64,000 nucleotides of DNA from Octopus sinensis (GCF_006345805.1 NC_042998.1:86242001-86306000), one strand, 5' to 3'; numbered from the stretch's first letter, positions 12,575 to 25,744 are shown. Made by a program: numbers and translations. The notes: generated by a model from the sequence alone, not told the origin.

Positions 12575-13208
12575 CTGAGGCATGATATAGTTGCAAAGAT
12601 TACTTACAATGCTATCTGCCTAAAGGAATGTGATGATTTATAAATCATAGGCATGTCAGAACCAGCAGGTATTCACACCTTTAAAAACAAGGAAACACCC
12701 CAATAAAAATATCCATTTGGTAGGACAGGGGAAAAAGTCATGCACTGTTATAGAGGTTATCTGCCCAGCAAATGTGAATGTGCAATCAAAAGTATAGGGA
12801 AAAGAGAAGAATTTACGGCAAATTAATATGGAACTTACAGCTCTTATAGCCTGAATATGAAGTCTCATTTCTACTTGTCATCACAGGTACATTAATTTAT
12901 AAACCAACAAATTTGCACAAAACCTAGAAATACTCAGTTTCATGGAGAAAGACCAAAAGAAACTGACATGGATTCTCCAAATCCAATATATTAGTGAAGA
13001 TTTGTAAGACGTTCCAAAATTATCCTTCTGAAATTCTTATGTGATTAGATGAACACACTTGGGTATATGCATCAACAATTCAACCAATACATCAACTCAA
13101 ACACATATTTACAAACACTGGGAACTCACATAACTCAAAAAGCTATGTTACTTTGTTAGTGACTAGCTTGAAATCCTCAAGAATTTAAAATAAGCTCAAA
13201 GAAAAAGC
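12575..13208 (+). mobile_element. 5'-truncated RLE-type non-LTR retrotransposon, copy 1
   Basis: HDIVAKITYNAIC; CTVIEVICPANVN; VKICKTFQ C-terminus; ~170-bp 3' UTR running into (TACA)n. Confidence 0.75.
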
Positions 13209-13282
13209 ATACATACATGCATACATACATACATACATACATACATACATACATACATACATACATACATACATACATACAT

Positions 13283-14052
13283 AACACTGAAGATATAACA
13301 CACATCATAAGTAGTTGTCTGAAAATGTCATCATGGTATTATCCACCAATGAGACATGATGTTGTTGCTAGGACACTCTATAAATCTGTTGGAAAGATAA
13401 CCAAAGGACAAAGATATAAGTACCCACAGTATGGTAGAAGCCATAGCCACTCATAATAAAAAGGGGTACTGGTGGAATGTCCCAATGAAGACCTCAATAA
13501 AATGTAACCACAAAGATTTGATATAATGATTTGGGATAGAGAAGAAAAACTGTGTACAGTTATAGAAATTAGCTGCCCAACAGATGTTAACATAAAGCTG
13601 AAGGTCAGTGAAAAAGAGAACACCTATGCTGAACTATTGAGAAATTTGCTGTTGCCCTACCCAGATTACAAGTTCAGGTTTATACCTGTAATTATTTGGA
13701 CCCTGGGATTTGTAATACACTGCCTAAATACCAATCTTGAGAAATTAGGCTCTTAAAGCCAGAAAGGAGAAAGCTAATTCAAACACTACAGATCCAATCA
13801 ATCACTAGAACTGTAAAAATCTGTAAAACTTTCCAGAAGTTTATCATTTAAGTATATATAAGCATGTCTAGATATGCAACTATGTGCATGAGAATACATA
13901 CATAAAGCAAAGCATACAAATCTGCACATATACACACATACAAAAATACCCTCTTGTTGATGTTGACATTCCAATGAAGGAGCCTAGGATCTATGTTAGA
14001 AACCAGTTCTTTCTCTATTGGCAAGAAATCTTGAAATAAAACTGTACAATGA
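13283..14052 (+). mobile_element. 5'-truncated RLE-type non-LTR retrotransposon, copy 2
   Basis: EDITHIISSC (knuckle), RHDVVARTLY, IWDREEKLCTVIEISCPTDVN, FIPVII, VKICKTFQKFII*. AATAAA at ~14035, then (TACA)n from 14053. Confidence 0.9.
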
Positions 14053-14279
14053 CATACATACATACATACATACATACACAAATACACACACACACACACA
14101 CATACATACATACATACATACATACATACATACATACATACACACATACACACATACATACATACATACATACATACATACATACATACATACATACATA
14201 CAGAGGTCTTCATTCGTCTTCCATTTACCAAATCTACTCACTTTGGTCGGCCCTACAGTATAGTAGAAGGCTATAAATC

Positions 14280-14460
14280 ATCATCATCATCATCCTAATC
14301 ATCATCATCACCACCATCGTTTAATGTCTACTTTCCATGCTGTTATGGGTTTAACAGGAGCTGGCCAAGCAGAAGACTGCACCAGATTTCTGTGTGTGCT
14401 TTGGCACAATTTTTACAGCAGGATGCTCTTCCTAAAACCAACCACCCAGCAGATAACTAG
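14280..14460 (-). mobile_element. RTE 3'-end-derived repeat fragment
   Basis: (CAT)n + ttaatgtctactttccatgct... is the reverse complement of the 3' end at 11030-11135. Further copies at ~23680-23990, ~32115-32300 and ~32760-33050. Confidence 0.7.
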
Positions 14461-14523
14461 CAAGCTAGATATACATCTATACACACACACACACATAAGT
14501 ATATCTATCTATCTATCTATCTA

Positions 14524-14560
<37 letters not shown>

Positions 14561-14562
<2 letters not shown>

Positions 14563-14777
14563 CAGCAAATTAAGGAACGGCCACAATAGGCCGTTCAACC
14601 CACTAGAAATAACAGCCAAGGCTTCAACCGCAAAATAGTAGCAATTCTGTAAATCAGGAGATTTTTTCTGATTTTTTCTCCTGATTTACGGAATTACTAC
14701 TATTTTGCGGTTGAAGCCTTGGCTGTTATTTCTAGTGGGTTGAACGGCCTATTGTGGCTGTTCCTTAATTTGCTGTT
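14561..14777. repeat. Near-perfect 217-bp palindrome
   Basis: Arms ~14561-14660 and ~14678-14777 have about 3 mismatches. It directly follows a (TA)n tract. Confidence 0.95.
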
Positions 14778-14880
14778 GAATTCATAAATAGTCTCTGACT
14801 ATTTCCTTTTTTCTCACTAGACCGCTGGTAGCAAAATAATTTCTGCTGAATTTTTTGCTGCCCTATATTGATTAATTAAG

Positions 14881-14967
<87 letters not shown>

Positions 14968-15439
14968 TATATATATTATATATATATATATATATATACA
15001 TATATATAGATAGAATAGTGGTACAAGGCACCAATGTTTACTGGATATAGCAGTCAATAATTTTATGACACTATAGTAAAGCTTCGCTGGATATATTCTG
15101 ACAAAGATGTGTGTGGGCAGCAAACATAAAAATTTCATCTTACTTCTAAGAAGAACATTAGATAATTGGACAACCCAGAATTGGATAATCTAGTACCTAG
15201 GTTTCAGACTCTTCAAATATGTTTGTTATCGTAAATTTGATTTATAAAAGAAGCACACTCTAAAATATTAGAGCAATAATATATATTTTTAGGAAGTTAA
15301 AAGTTATGGTTGATCATGGAGTGACCATTGGTTTCGCACCTATGAGGTGCTTAGCAGTATAGGCAACTCAGTAGATTCAGATGGCTGAAAGCACATAACC
15401 ATTCTACAGCTGGAGAAAGAATTATATCACAGTAAGTTA

Positions 15440-16724
15440 TGAGTAGGTGCTGAAAAGTTCCTGGCTTTAAGGGTATCATAAAAGGGTAGCATTGTTATCT
15501 TTGCAGGGGAGGCAGGACAACTATTTAGAAGATATGCAAAAAATCATAATGGTATACAATATATCTTTCTTTTTTTGCAGATTCAATGCATAATGGCAGC
15601 TCCTACAGAGGAGTTTGGTAAATTAAAGCACAGGTGGTTGAGAAATTCCTCTTTTTGCAAGGAAAATGGGTGGTAGAAATCCATGCCAAGATGAAGGAAG
15701 TCTTGAAGGATGGCTGCCCATCTTACTCCATAGGGCGAATCTAAGTGTCAAGGTTTCAGACTAGTCATCTTAAGGTCACAGATGAACCTTGGTCAGGACC
15801 TCCAGCTTCTGTGACAATAGAGGGCAAAGCCAACACAGTGCACATCATGATTTTTGAGGACCACCAGATTTCTGCTAGAGTCTTAGTGTAAACTCTGAGG
15901 ATTTCCCATGAAAGTGTTGGTACACTATCCACAACATTCTAAACATGAGAAAGCTTTTCAGAAAATGGGTGCCAAAATGTTTGAATGCTGATCAGAAACG
16001 CATAAGTGTGACAACGTCAAAGGTGATTTTGGACCATTTGCACCAGGAGATGCTGATTTTATGGCTTATTTAGTCACCATGAATGAAACTTGGCTTCATC
16101 ATTATGATCCCCAGGCCAAACAACCATCAACTGAGTGGAATCACAGTGATTCACCATACCCCAAGAAGTTTTGAACTCAGAAGTCAGTTGAAAAGATTCC
16201 GGCTTCAGTAACCTTGGACAAAGACAAAGTACCCCTCATAAAATACCGTCCAAAGAGTTGCACCATCAACGCAGAATTCTACATGTGTCTCTATTGGATG
16301 AACTGTGGGAAGCTTTGAATCAGATATGCCGTAGGAAGCTGAACCATGGTGTCCCATTTTTGCAGGACAATATATCAGTACACAAGTACATGAAATTTTA
16401 TGGAAAATATGTGACTTTGGCTTTGAATTGGTAGACCACTCACCTTAATCTCCTGACTTGGCCCCTCCGATTATCAGCTCTTTCCATAACTGAAGAAACA
16501 TCTCAAGAGAATGAAATTTCACTCTAATTCAAAAGTGATCATTGTTACAGCGACCTAGTTGGAGTCCCAAACTTCTGAATTCTTTTATAGGACTTAGATA
16601 AACTGAAGGACTGCTACAATAAATGTGTCAATCTGAGAAGGGAATATGTTGAATAAAATCATAATTAACTGATCTTCCAGTATTTTCTTTTACCCTAAAC
16701 TAGAAACTTTTCAGTATCCCCTTG
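15440..16724 (+). mobile_element. mariner (SETMAR-like) transposon, full length, degraded
   Basis: TIRs (t)gagtaggtgctgaaaagttcc / gaaacttttcagtatccccttg, TA on both sides. Motifs VTMNETWLHHYDP, FLQDN, SPDLAPSDYQLF. Confidence 0.9.
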
Positions 16725-16789
16725 TAGATTTGTAAACAAACGTATTTGTCCATTCTAGGTTGCTGTGGCTGGGATGGAGTTAACCCCCT

Positions 16790-17210
16790 TACATCAGCTC
16801 CAGCCATGGTGATATTTGAAGGAGCTGTAGCATGCCTACATTGTTTGCTCCCATTTATATAAGCCCCCAGTTGTCCCTTCCTCTTTTAGGTGCCATACAT
16901 AACTGGCCAGAGGCATGATGTTGCACCTTTCTGGTATTCTAAATGAGGATTTGTGGTTGTTCAGATATTGCTTAAATGGGAGTGCAGCTGAAATGACATA
17001 TTTTTGTCTTTGTATATTGGATGTGCTACTACCGTTAAAGTTTCTTTCATTAACTCCAGGTCTGATGTCATTGTTATTGTTGCTGGAGTCACTACCAGTG
17101 CTGATATTCCTAGGCATGGTTCTGACGGTTTCATTGCTGCTGATGTAACAGCCATTTCCAGCTGCAATGTTGGTGTTGCTGCTACCATTGTAACTGTTGG
17201 TATTGTTGTC
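16790..17210 (-). mobile_element. Penelope-like GIY-YIG fragment
   Basis: FKQYLNNHKSSFRIPERCNIMPLASYVWHLKEE resembles the C-terminal half of the PLE endonuclease. Confidence 0.65.
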
Positions 17211-17274
17211 TATGGTGAAAATTTGGGGGAGGGAGCCAGTCGATTACATCAATTCCAGTGTTTCACTGATACTT

Positions 17275-17405
17275 AGTTTATCGACCCCTAAAGGATGAAA
17301 GGCAAATTGACCTTGGCAGAATTTGAACTCAGAATGTAGCAGCAGACAAAATACCTCTAAGCATTTCGCCTGGTATGCTAACAATTCTGCTAGCTCGCCA
17401 CCTTC
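17275..17405. mobile_element. SINE fragment
   Basis: atcgacccc...ggatgaaaggcaa..tgacct.ggc.gaatttgaactcag. Related copies at ~40170-40290 and ~40800-40970. Confidence 0.65.
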
Positions 17406-17459
17406 ATCACCTTTAGAAAATGAATATTAATACTTTGGGAAGAGAAGAGTATGTTTAAA

Positions 17460-20400
17460 GTGATTGAACAGATATTAGTAGATCAAGCTAATGCTATTAG
17501 CAGATGAAAGTGGATGACAGAATTGGAGGTAGAAGAGATCCCAAGTGAACTGGAAAAGAAAGACCAGGCAGTAGGAAAGACAAACATCATAAGAGATACA
17601 GCTCAAATGAAAGAAGAGTCTAAAGGAAAAAAATAATAATAGCTCTACCAATAAGGAAGAGACAACTGGCACCAGTGACTTAAGTATTTAAGTAAGGAAG
17701 ATCAGAGGAATTTAGATGGGTTGCAGGAAGTAATGAGTAAAGAAGTAAGAAAAAGATTGCCAGCATTAAAAGGTACCAACAGAAGGAGCCTGCTACTTAT
17801 GACTAGGAAAGTAGATTCTGTTATCAATTGGACAGATACCAAAAATATAGGAGACACTGACATATTGATCCATGCAGGAGCGATAGTTGTCACCAGAAGA
17901 TTAGATATCTCACAGGGAAATATTAAAAAAGGAGCAAATGAGGAAAAACAGTCTACAAAATAAAGCGAAGACTTTAAGACAAAATCTGAGCCAAATAAAA
18001 GCCTGGAAAACAAACAAGTTAAGAAATACAAGATGCAAATATTCCCTCAAGAAACGATACTTAGTCAAAGAGAAAGGATTTGGGACAGTAATAGAAGAGC
18101 TGAAACAGCATATCATAGCAGTATTAGGCAAGCTCTTCAGATATTAGAAAAGAATAGATCAGTATCAACAGAATAGATTATTTGAGACAGACCAGAGGAT
18201 ATTTTATAACCAAAAATAACTAGTGGAGAATGAAGTACTGAAGATAAGAAACCTAATGCAGAAGAAGGACCCAGGACCAGATTTAGCTCAAGAGTATTGG
18301 CTAAAGAAATTTAGTAGCTTACACAGGAGGCTGAGGGAACAACTTCAGGATTGCCTGAATGGAAGAATAATACCAGATTGGATGACTTGAGGGAGAACAA
18401 TACTCCTTATGAAAGAACAAGGGTAACAGAGGTAGTAATTATAGACCAATCACTTGCTTACCATTAGTGTGGAAACTGTTAACAGGAATGATTTCACGAA
18501 GCATTTACGAGGACCCTGACAACCAGAATTTACTGCCAGAAGAACAGAAAGGTTGCAGCAACTATTATACATAGACAAAGTAGTTCTAAATTAAATAAAA
18601 GCAAGAAAGAAAAATCTAACAATACCATGGATAGATTATAGGAAAGTCTATGACATCATTCCACACTCATGGATAAGTGAATGTTTCAGTATATTCAGTA
18701 TAGCAGACAATATAAGAGAATTAATTAGCTTTAGCATGAAAAAATGGAAAGTAAATCTCTACTCAGATAACACACTCTTAGAGAAAGTTAATATCAAAAT
18801 GGAAATTTTCCAGGGCGATTTGCTGACCCCTTTAATATATGATTCCACTCTGTTTAGTATTAAGGAAGGCAAAGGCAGGGTATCAGCTCAGAAATAGTAA
18901 GGGAAAAATTAACCATTTGCTCTAAATGGATAATCTGAAGCTTTTTAGTAAGAATGAAAGAGATAGATTCCTTAATACAGACTGTAAGACTATTCAGCAA
19001 AGATATAGGCAAGAAATTTGGCATAGATAAGTCTGCAATATTAATCATAAAATGGGGACAGATAGTCAGCATTGAAAACCTCCAATTACCAGGCGGTTTG
19101 ACTTTAAAATCATTGAAAGTAGGAGAGAGGTAGGAGAATTAGAATCTGACAGAGTACTAACTACAGAAATGGAAACAAAAATTGAAGAGCACATCAGAAG
19201 GGTATGGAAGCTAAAGAGGTTAAAGCTAAATGGTTTGAAGGCTGTAAATACTTGGGTAGTATCATTACTTAGATATCCAGCAGCTTTTGTAGATTGAATA
19301 AAAACTGAATTAGCAAAGCTAGACAGAAGAACTAGGAATGGAGCACTCCACCTAAGATCAGGAGTAGCAAGATTATACCTACCTACAAAGGAAGGTGGGA
19401 AAGAGTTAATATCAGTAGAAGACTGCATGGATTTAGCTAGAGTAGATATAGAATTCTATGTAGGTAATAATGAAGAAAGTTTATGGCAAGCTGCTAGAGT
19501 CACCGCAAGATATAGAGAAACCCCAAAACGCAAACATAGTTAAGAACCAGAAAAAAGAACAGAAATTGTCTGACTGGCAGAAGAAGATGTTGCATGATAG
19601 ATTCCCCAAACTAATTGTAGCACGTAGTAACAGTGAGACATGGTTATGGTTGCAGAAAGGAAGGCTGAAAAGGGAGACAGAAAGTTTGTTAATAGCAGCA
19701 CAAGATCAAGCATTAAGGACTAATTGGATATAAGCCAAGATAAACAAAAATCAAGTAGATTCCTAATGTAGGCTATGCAAATCAAAAGAGGAAAGTGTTA
19801 CTCATATAGCAAGTGAATGTTGCATGCTGGCACTGAAAGAATAGAAGAAAAGACATGACAATCTAGGGAGAGTAATCCACTAGAAGTTATATAGAAAGTT
19901 AGAATTTGAACATACTGATAAATGCTATGAACATGAACCTAGTAAAGTACAAGCAAGTAAGAAATATAAGATGTTGAAGGATTTTAACATTCAGACAGAC
20001 AGATTAACAGAGGCTAGAAGGCCTAATTTAGTAATAGTAGTTAAAGAGAATAGAAAGTGCCAGATAATTGACTTTAGAGTCCCAAATGCTTAAAAAAAAA
20101 TCAATATGAAGGTATAGGAAAAATAGCAAGGTACAAGGACCTAGCCATTGAATTACAGAGACTATGAAAAGTGCAGGTATATCCCAGTAGTTATAGGTGC
20201 ATTGGGAACTATCCCTAAAAATTTGAACAGATGGAAAGAAGAAATAAGCATAAAACACAGTTTAGTACAGCTCCTGAAAAAAGTGTTATTAAAGACAGCT
20301 AGGATACATAGGCAGCTTCTTGGCATCTAAGGTTACTTGTTGTAGCCCGATATTAGGATTTGTTTCTTTTCCAATAGTCTAATCTGTTGTGTGTATATGA
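17460..20400 (+). mobile_element. R4/Dong-like LINE, near full length, degraded
   Basis: RKRLPALKG N-terminus; RT motifs (WIDYRKVYDIIPHSW, FQGDLLTP); LYLPTKEGGKEL; SLLIAAQDQALRTN; RLE (RPNLV); IPVVIGALGTIPK...RQLLGI*. Confidence 0.9.
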
Positions 20401-20599
20401 ATGATAACAATGTTATATCTTTGACAACGTTGGATTGAGGTAATACCCACTTCAGTATACAGTATGCTTAGCAAAACAAGTAAAGACATGACTATCTCTG
20501 ACTGCCTACTTTGTACTCTCTCGCACTGTCTCATACTCTCCTATTTATGGTGAACTCTCATACCACTTGTCACATGGGAGGGATGTACCATTATTACTT

Positions 20600-20750
20600 A
20601 TCCCCTATAACAAATAATAATAAAGATTTTGTGGGACTTACCTATTCAAAGGGACAAAAAGTTACAAAATAATAGACCAAGAATAACAATTATAGACAAG
20701 GAAAAACAAAGTTGCTTATTTGATTCCAGGATTGTAAAGAAAGAGGAAGA
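20600..20750 (+). mobile_element. RLE-domain fragment of R4-like LINE
   Basis: ILWDLPIQRDKKLQNNRPRITIIDKEKQSCL. Confidence 0.7.
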
Positions 20751-20754
20751 AAAC

Positions 20755-20805
<51 letters not shown>

Positions 20806-20818
20806 ATATATAAATATT

Positions 20819-22007
20819 ATGGCTGCCCCTTCGTTATCGAGTATGGCCATTGCACGAAGCTTAACTGTTACTGGTGATGTGATCGAATGTGACTTTTTAG
20901 CCCAGCTAACGATCTACAATGTCTTGTACAAAATTGGCAACTAAAACCTTTATTGGTAATAGCCAGCTGTAGTTGTAACTGAGCTTCATGTACCTTTGCA
21001 TTTCGTTTAAGTCCTCCTGCCAAATTACACTCTCTTCCACATGCCCGACAGATATGATTAGTATGGTGTGTTACACCACCATCAGTGGCCAGGTTGTCAC
21101 TCATCTGTCTCGTTTTATGACTACGAAGATGACTCATGAGTCCAGCTTTACTGAGGCAGGGTCTTGCACAGACATTGCATGTCAGAATCAAAGGAAGACC
21201 CTTCCCTTCTGGAAGTGTAATAGCGATGCCCTTCCTGACATCCCTCCTTACTTTCTCATGTGCAACTCGAGATTTCTCAAACGTGGCTGTTCCCTCATGC
21301 ACAATCCTTCTCCACCTGCTACGATGAATAGCTATGCCTTCCCATGTATCAGGAGAGATGCAAGCATCTCTTAAGGAAGCCTTCAGCACGTCCTTATACC
21401 TTTTTTCTGGTTTATGTGGTCGTTCTCCTTTAGCTAACTCACCATAAAAGAGTTGTTTTGGCATCCTTGAATCCTTCATTCTGACCAGATGACCACTCCA
21501 TCTGAGTCTTTGCTTTAACACAGGAGCTTCTATACTTTCACACCGAGAGCCTTTGAGTATTTCAAGATCACTGATGCGGTCCTTCCACTTAATGCCATAG
21601 ATCCGTCTGAGGCACATCTGATGGAAACGCTCCAGTTGTTTAAGGTGGTATCGATATGTGACCCACGTCACGCAGGCCTAGAGAAGAGAAGGGAGCACAC
21701 ATGCCTTGTACACCTTTATCTTTTTATTTCTGCATATGTCTCGCCGACTTCAGAGGCACTTTTCTAGCCTTCCGAAAGCATCACTTGCTTTCCTAATTCT
21801 ATATAGAATTTCATCATTCACATTGCCATATCTATTAATTGTGCTTCCAAGGTAGACAAACTGATCGACTACATCAAGTTGTTTACCATTCACATAGATA
21901 TTTGGTACACTATACTGCTTACCAGGGGCAGGTTGATGCATGACAACAGTTTTCTTGAGATTGACTGTCAATCCTAAGGCAGTGCAAGCATCAGAGAATG
22001 CATTCAA
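20819..22007 (-). mobile_element. RTE (BovB-like) LINE, 5'-truncated, one in-frame stop, three C-terminal C2H2 fingers
   Basis: ORFs 21750-22007 and 20868-21671 are in the same frame, separated by one TGA. Motifs VDQFVYLGS, LLYACVTW, LRWSGHLVRM..RMPKQLFYGEL. The 3' end runs into (TA)n. Confidence 0.92.
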
Positions 22008-22292
22008 AATCTCGAATCCCAGACCGGGCTGGGTGTTGTGTTCTTGAGCAAGGCACTTTATTTCACGTTGCTCCAGTTCACTCAGCTGTAGAAATGAGTT
22101 GCGACGTCACAGGTGCCAAGCTGTATCGACCTTTGTCTTTCCCTTGGATAACACTGGTGGCGTGGAGAGGGGAGGCCGGTATGCATGGGCGACTGCTGGT
22201 CTTCCATAAACAACCTTGCCCGGACTTGTGTCTAGGAGGGTAACTTTCTAGGTGCAATCCCATGGTCATTCATGACCGAAGGGGGTCTTTAC
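22008..22292 (+). mobile_element. tRNA-derived SINE, 5'-truncated
   Basis: B-box remnant tcgaatccc, then ttcttgagcaaggcactt and ccagttcactcagctgta core-like segments. Confidence 0.7.
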
Positions 22293-22430
22293 TTTACATA
22301 TATATATACATATAACTATATATATATATATATATAAATATATACATACATACATACATACATACATACATACATACATACATACATACATACATACATA
22401 CATGCATACATACATACATATATATATATA

Positions 22431-23660
22431 CAGGGTGCATATGATATTTGAGGACAGGTTTATGTTCATAAAACAACATATATAATAACAGATAATAACT
22501 TTATATATCAAAACATGCTATGAGGATAAAAATAAACCTTCTTTTCTATAATGTTATTCAATAAAGCCACCATCAGCTTCAACAACTGCTTCTATATGAG
22601 ATCTAAATCCTCCACACGCTCGAATCAAGTGGTCCTGGTTCATTTTGGACATTACCCTAACTATGGCAGCTTTCAAAGAATCTTTGGTGTTATGAGTGTA
22701 TTCATTGACCTCTCTCTCAACAATGCTCCACATGTAATAGTCCAATGGATTGAGATCTGGGGAATTAGGATGCCAAATGTTACGGGTGATGTGATTGTGA
22801 AAATTTTTAACCATCCATTCATGTGTTACTAGGGCCATGTGTGATAGTGCAGAGTCTTATGGCCTTCCATTGCATTGTCTATCCAGGTCTTAATGATTAT
22901 TTCTGGGGACCTCAATGTAGGTGGCAGAGTTAACTCTAAGGCCTTGTGGAAAAAAGTAAGGTGGCATCACATGTCCTTCATTGCTGACAACCCCTAAAAC
23001 CATGACATTTGCAAGAAATTTTGTATGCATAACACTTGGAACTTCAGAAGGGTCTGCCCATAACCATCTGTCATTTCTTCAGTTAACTTTTTGATCTTGG
23101 TTGAAGTTTTTTCTCTTTTGAAAAAAAACAAATCAAATCTGCTGGATTTTTCAGTTTGTTTAAGAGCCTTTTAGATCTAATGTAGTGATTTTCTTTTGCT
23201 TTTTCTGACATATTGACCTTTCTTTATCATATAAGACATATATCTGGTGTTTTTGTGGACAACATTTCTGACTGTTCCTTCTGACACAGGGAGATCTTTT
23301 GTATTTGAGCTCATGGACTTTCTGGAATTGTAATCAATGGTCTGTTGAACTTGCTGGATATATTCAGGTGTTCTGATGATTTCAGAATGTTTAGAATACT
23401 TTTTATGCTTTAATACTGGTGATACGTTTCCATCTTCAGTCTCCAGCTCCTTACAAACTTTGTAGATGAAAGATCTGACAACTTTTAAAAATTGAGATAT
23501 TTCTAAATCGTTATGCTCAGTTTTTATAACCACCTCTTCATTTCTTGAGTAAGCTGAGGATCTGCCATTAATATTTTCTGAAACAAAGATTATACAGAGT
23601 TAGCAAAAAATGCAGCAATGACCCAAAAAATGTATATACTAAAATACCTTATGCACCCTG
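22431..23660 (-). mobile_element. maT/DD37D-like Tc1/mariner transposon, degraded
   Basis: TIRs cagggtgcata / tatgcaccctg with TA flanks. WHPNSPDLNPLDYYMWSIVE...EAVVEADGGFIE*; N-terminal HTH-like ORF at 23177-23533. Confidence 0.88.
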
Positions 23661-24104
23661 TATATATCATCATTATCATCATCATCATTTAACGTCTGCC
23701 TTCCATGCTAGCATGGGTGGAATGGTTTGACAAGAGCTGGCCAGGCAGAAGCCTGCACCAGACTTCTGTAACTGTTTTGGCAGGATTTTTACAGCTGGAT
23801 GTCCATCCTAACACCAACCACTCGGCAGAGTGGACTTAGTACTTTTCAAATGGCACAAGCACAGGTGAGGTCAGTTTTGGCAAAGTCGTTTTGAAGCTGG
23901 ACGCCCTTCCAAACGCCAACCACTTTACAGTGTGGACTGGGTGCTTTTAAGTGGTACCTGCACTGTCAGCTCACCAAGTACTTGCAAGACAAAAAAAAAA
24001 TCTTTTAAGAGGGGAGGGGGCATTGGAGGAAGTAATCAAAGGTTGTAATGAGACAGAGATAGAAACAAGTGTCTTGCTGTAGTGGAGGTACAAGGTTACC
24101 TGGC

Positions 24105-24137
<33 letters not shown>

Positions 24138-24140
<3 letters not shown>

Positions 24141-25340
24141 ATCAGGGTTAGCATTGCTGGTGATGTGGCCAACCTTTTCATGGTATGGTGGGACAGGAGG
24201 CTTAAAGAATGCTTGACACAGAACTCCATACTCATGAACATATACTCTCACTATGTCGATGATATCAACATAGTGGTAAAGGCACCTCCACAAGATAGTA
24301 CTCTTGAAATAGAAATAGAAACTAATACTATGGAGCGCATCCAGCAAATAGCTAACTCCATCCACCAGAGTAATAAGGTCATGATAGATTACACTACAAA
24401 ACACCCTAACCATAGACTACCAGTTCTAGGTACAGAATTCTGGTTGGAAACTGTGAATAATAAAACCCAAATCCTCTATTCACACTATGCCAAACCTATG
24501 GCCTCCAAATACCTAGTCCTCTGGAAGTCAGCTATCGTGGACAATGCCAAATTCAATATATTGATGGCAGACCTCATCAGAATAATGAGAAATGTGTCCC
24601 GCATGTGTGACCCTACAGAGTTAAAGAGACACATACAACACTTCGTTCACTGCATACAGTTCTCTGGATACAGCCTTAGAGAAAGGATCAGAGTAAATAA
24701 AGGAACCATGAGGAAATTTGAAACTATCATATGTAACAAGAGGAATGGGATTTGCCCACGCTATAGGAGCAAGTCATGGAATACCATTGAAAGGACTAAG
24801 AAGAAAATAGGAAAGACCAACTCATGGTATGATAGCCACAAATACCAGAGTGTCATGTTCGTCAACACCACTCCTAGAGGCAAACCGGCATACCGCTATA
24901 GAAAGGCCCTAGACAAGCTTAAGCTAAGAATTAAGGCTGTAGAAAGGCAAGGTAACCCTATCAAATCTCTAATCGGTAGAACCTACCCTTTTATTAGAAC
25001 CCCCTGTACTGATAGGAACTGTATTGTATGTAGATTTAACCCACACACAAACTGTAAAGCTAGGAATGTAGTCTATAGTATAAGATGTACAGAGGGATGG
25101 TGCAGAAACAAGACAACAACGTATGTAGGCAAGACAGCACAGAGCATAGGAGAGTGGGTAAATGAGCATTGGAGGGAACTTAAGGAAGAGAAGAGGTCAT
25201 CGGTTCTGTACCAGCATGCCAAGTGGGAACACAGAGGCCCACTCAACTTCATAGAAGTTAACACTTAGACAAATTACAGAAGCTACACACATAATAAAAG
25301 ATAAACCTAGCCTAAATAGAAAACTAGAATGGAACACTAG
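24138..25340 (+). mobile_element. Penelope-like element, 5'-truncated: RT (YVDD), Cys-rich linker, GIY-YIG
   Basis: SIAGDVANLFM, HYVDDINIV, RLPVLG, CTDRNCIVC, VVYSIRC...YVGKT. The C-terminus QITEATHIIKDKPSLNRKLEW follows in another frame. The ORF track start is an artefact of (GA)n. Confidence 0.92.
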
Positions 25341-25744
25341 CACACACACACACACCCCACACCACAACCTATGACAGAATAAGATCCCTATAAACTAATA
25401 ATAATATGACACTAATGCAATACACAGATAAATAAATGGAATTAAATAATCATATACATAAACAAAAAATAGATTAAATTAATAGAAAAGAAAGAAATGA
25501 AAAAGTAAGTAGATAAAAATAAATAAAATAAATAAAAACAAATTAAACGAATGTGAATATACAGGAGATACTGGTAATGCAGGTACCATACACATTCTAA
25601 CAAACACACTTACTAAACATAGACACACACAGGGATATATGCATGCACAAATAAATACACACACTGGGATATACGCATGTGCAAATAAAGACACATACAA
25701 CAGGAATACAAAATGGCAGAGCGTTAGTAAGGAGAAAGAAAAAT

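Noticed and set aside
13971-14010. Possible hammerhead relic in the 3' UTR of RLE copy 2 (CCAATGAAG...GAAACCAGTT)
   Set aside because: Two core mismatches and no convincing helix II; only a family consensus could rescue it.
12114-14276. ORFs of HTYI/MYVC repeats
   Set aside because: They are translations of (TACA)n microsatellites, not proteins.
24069-24137. N-terminus of the 399-aa ORF
   Set aside because: It is read-through of a (GA)n tract; the element is 5'-truncated, not an intact gene.
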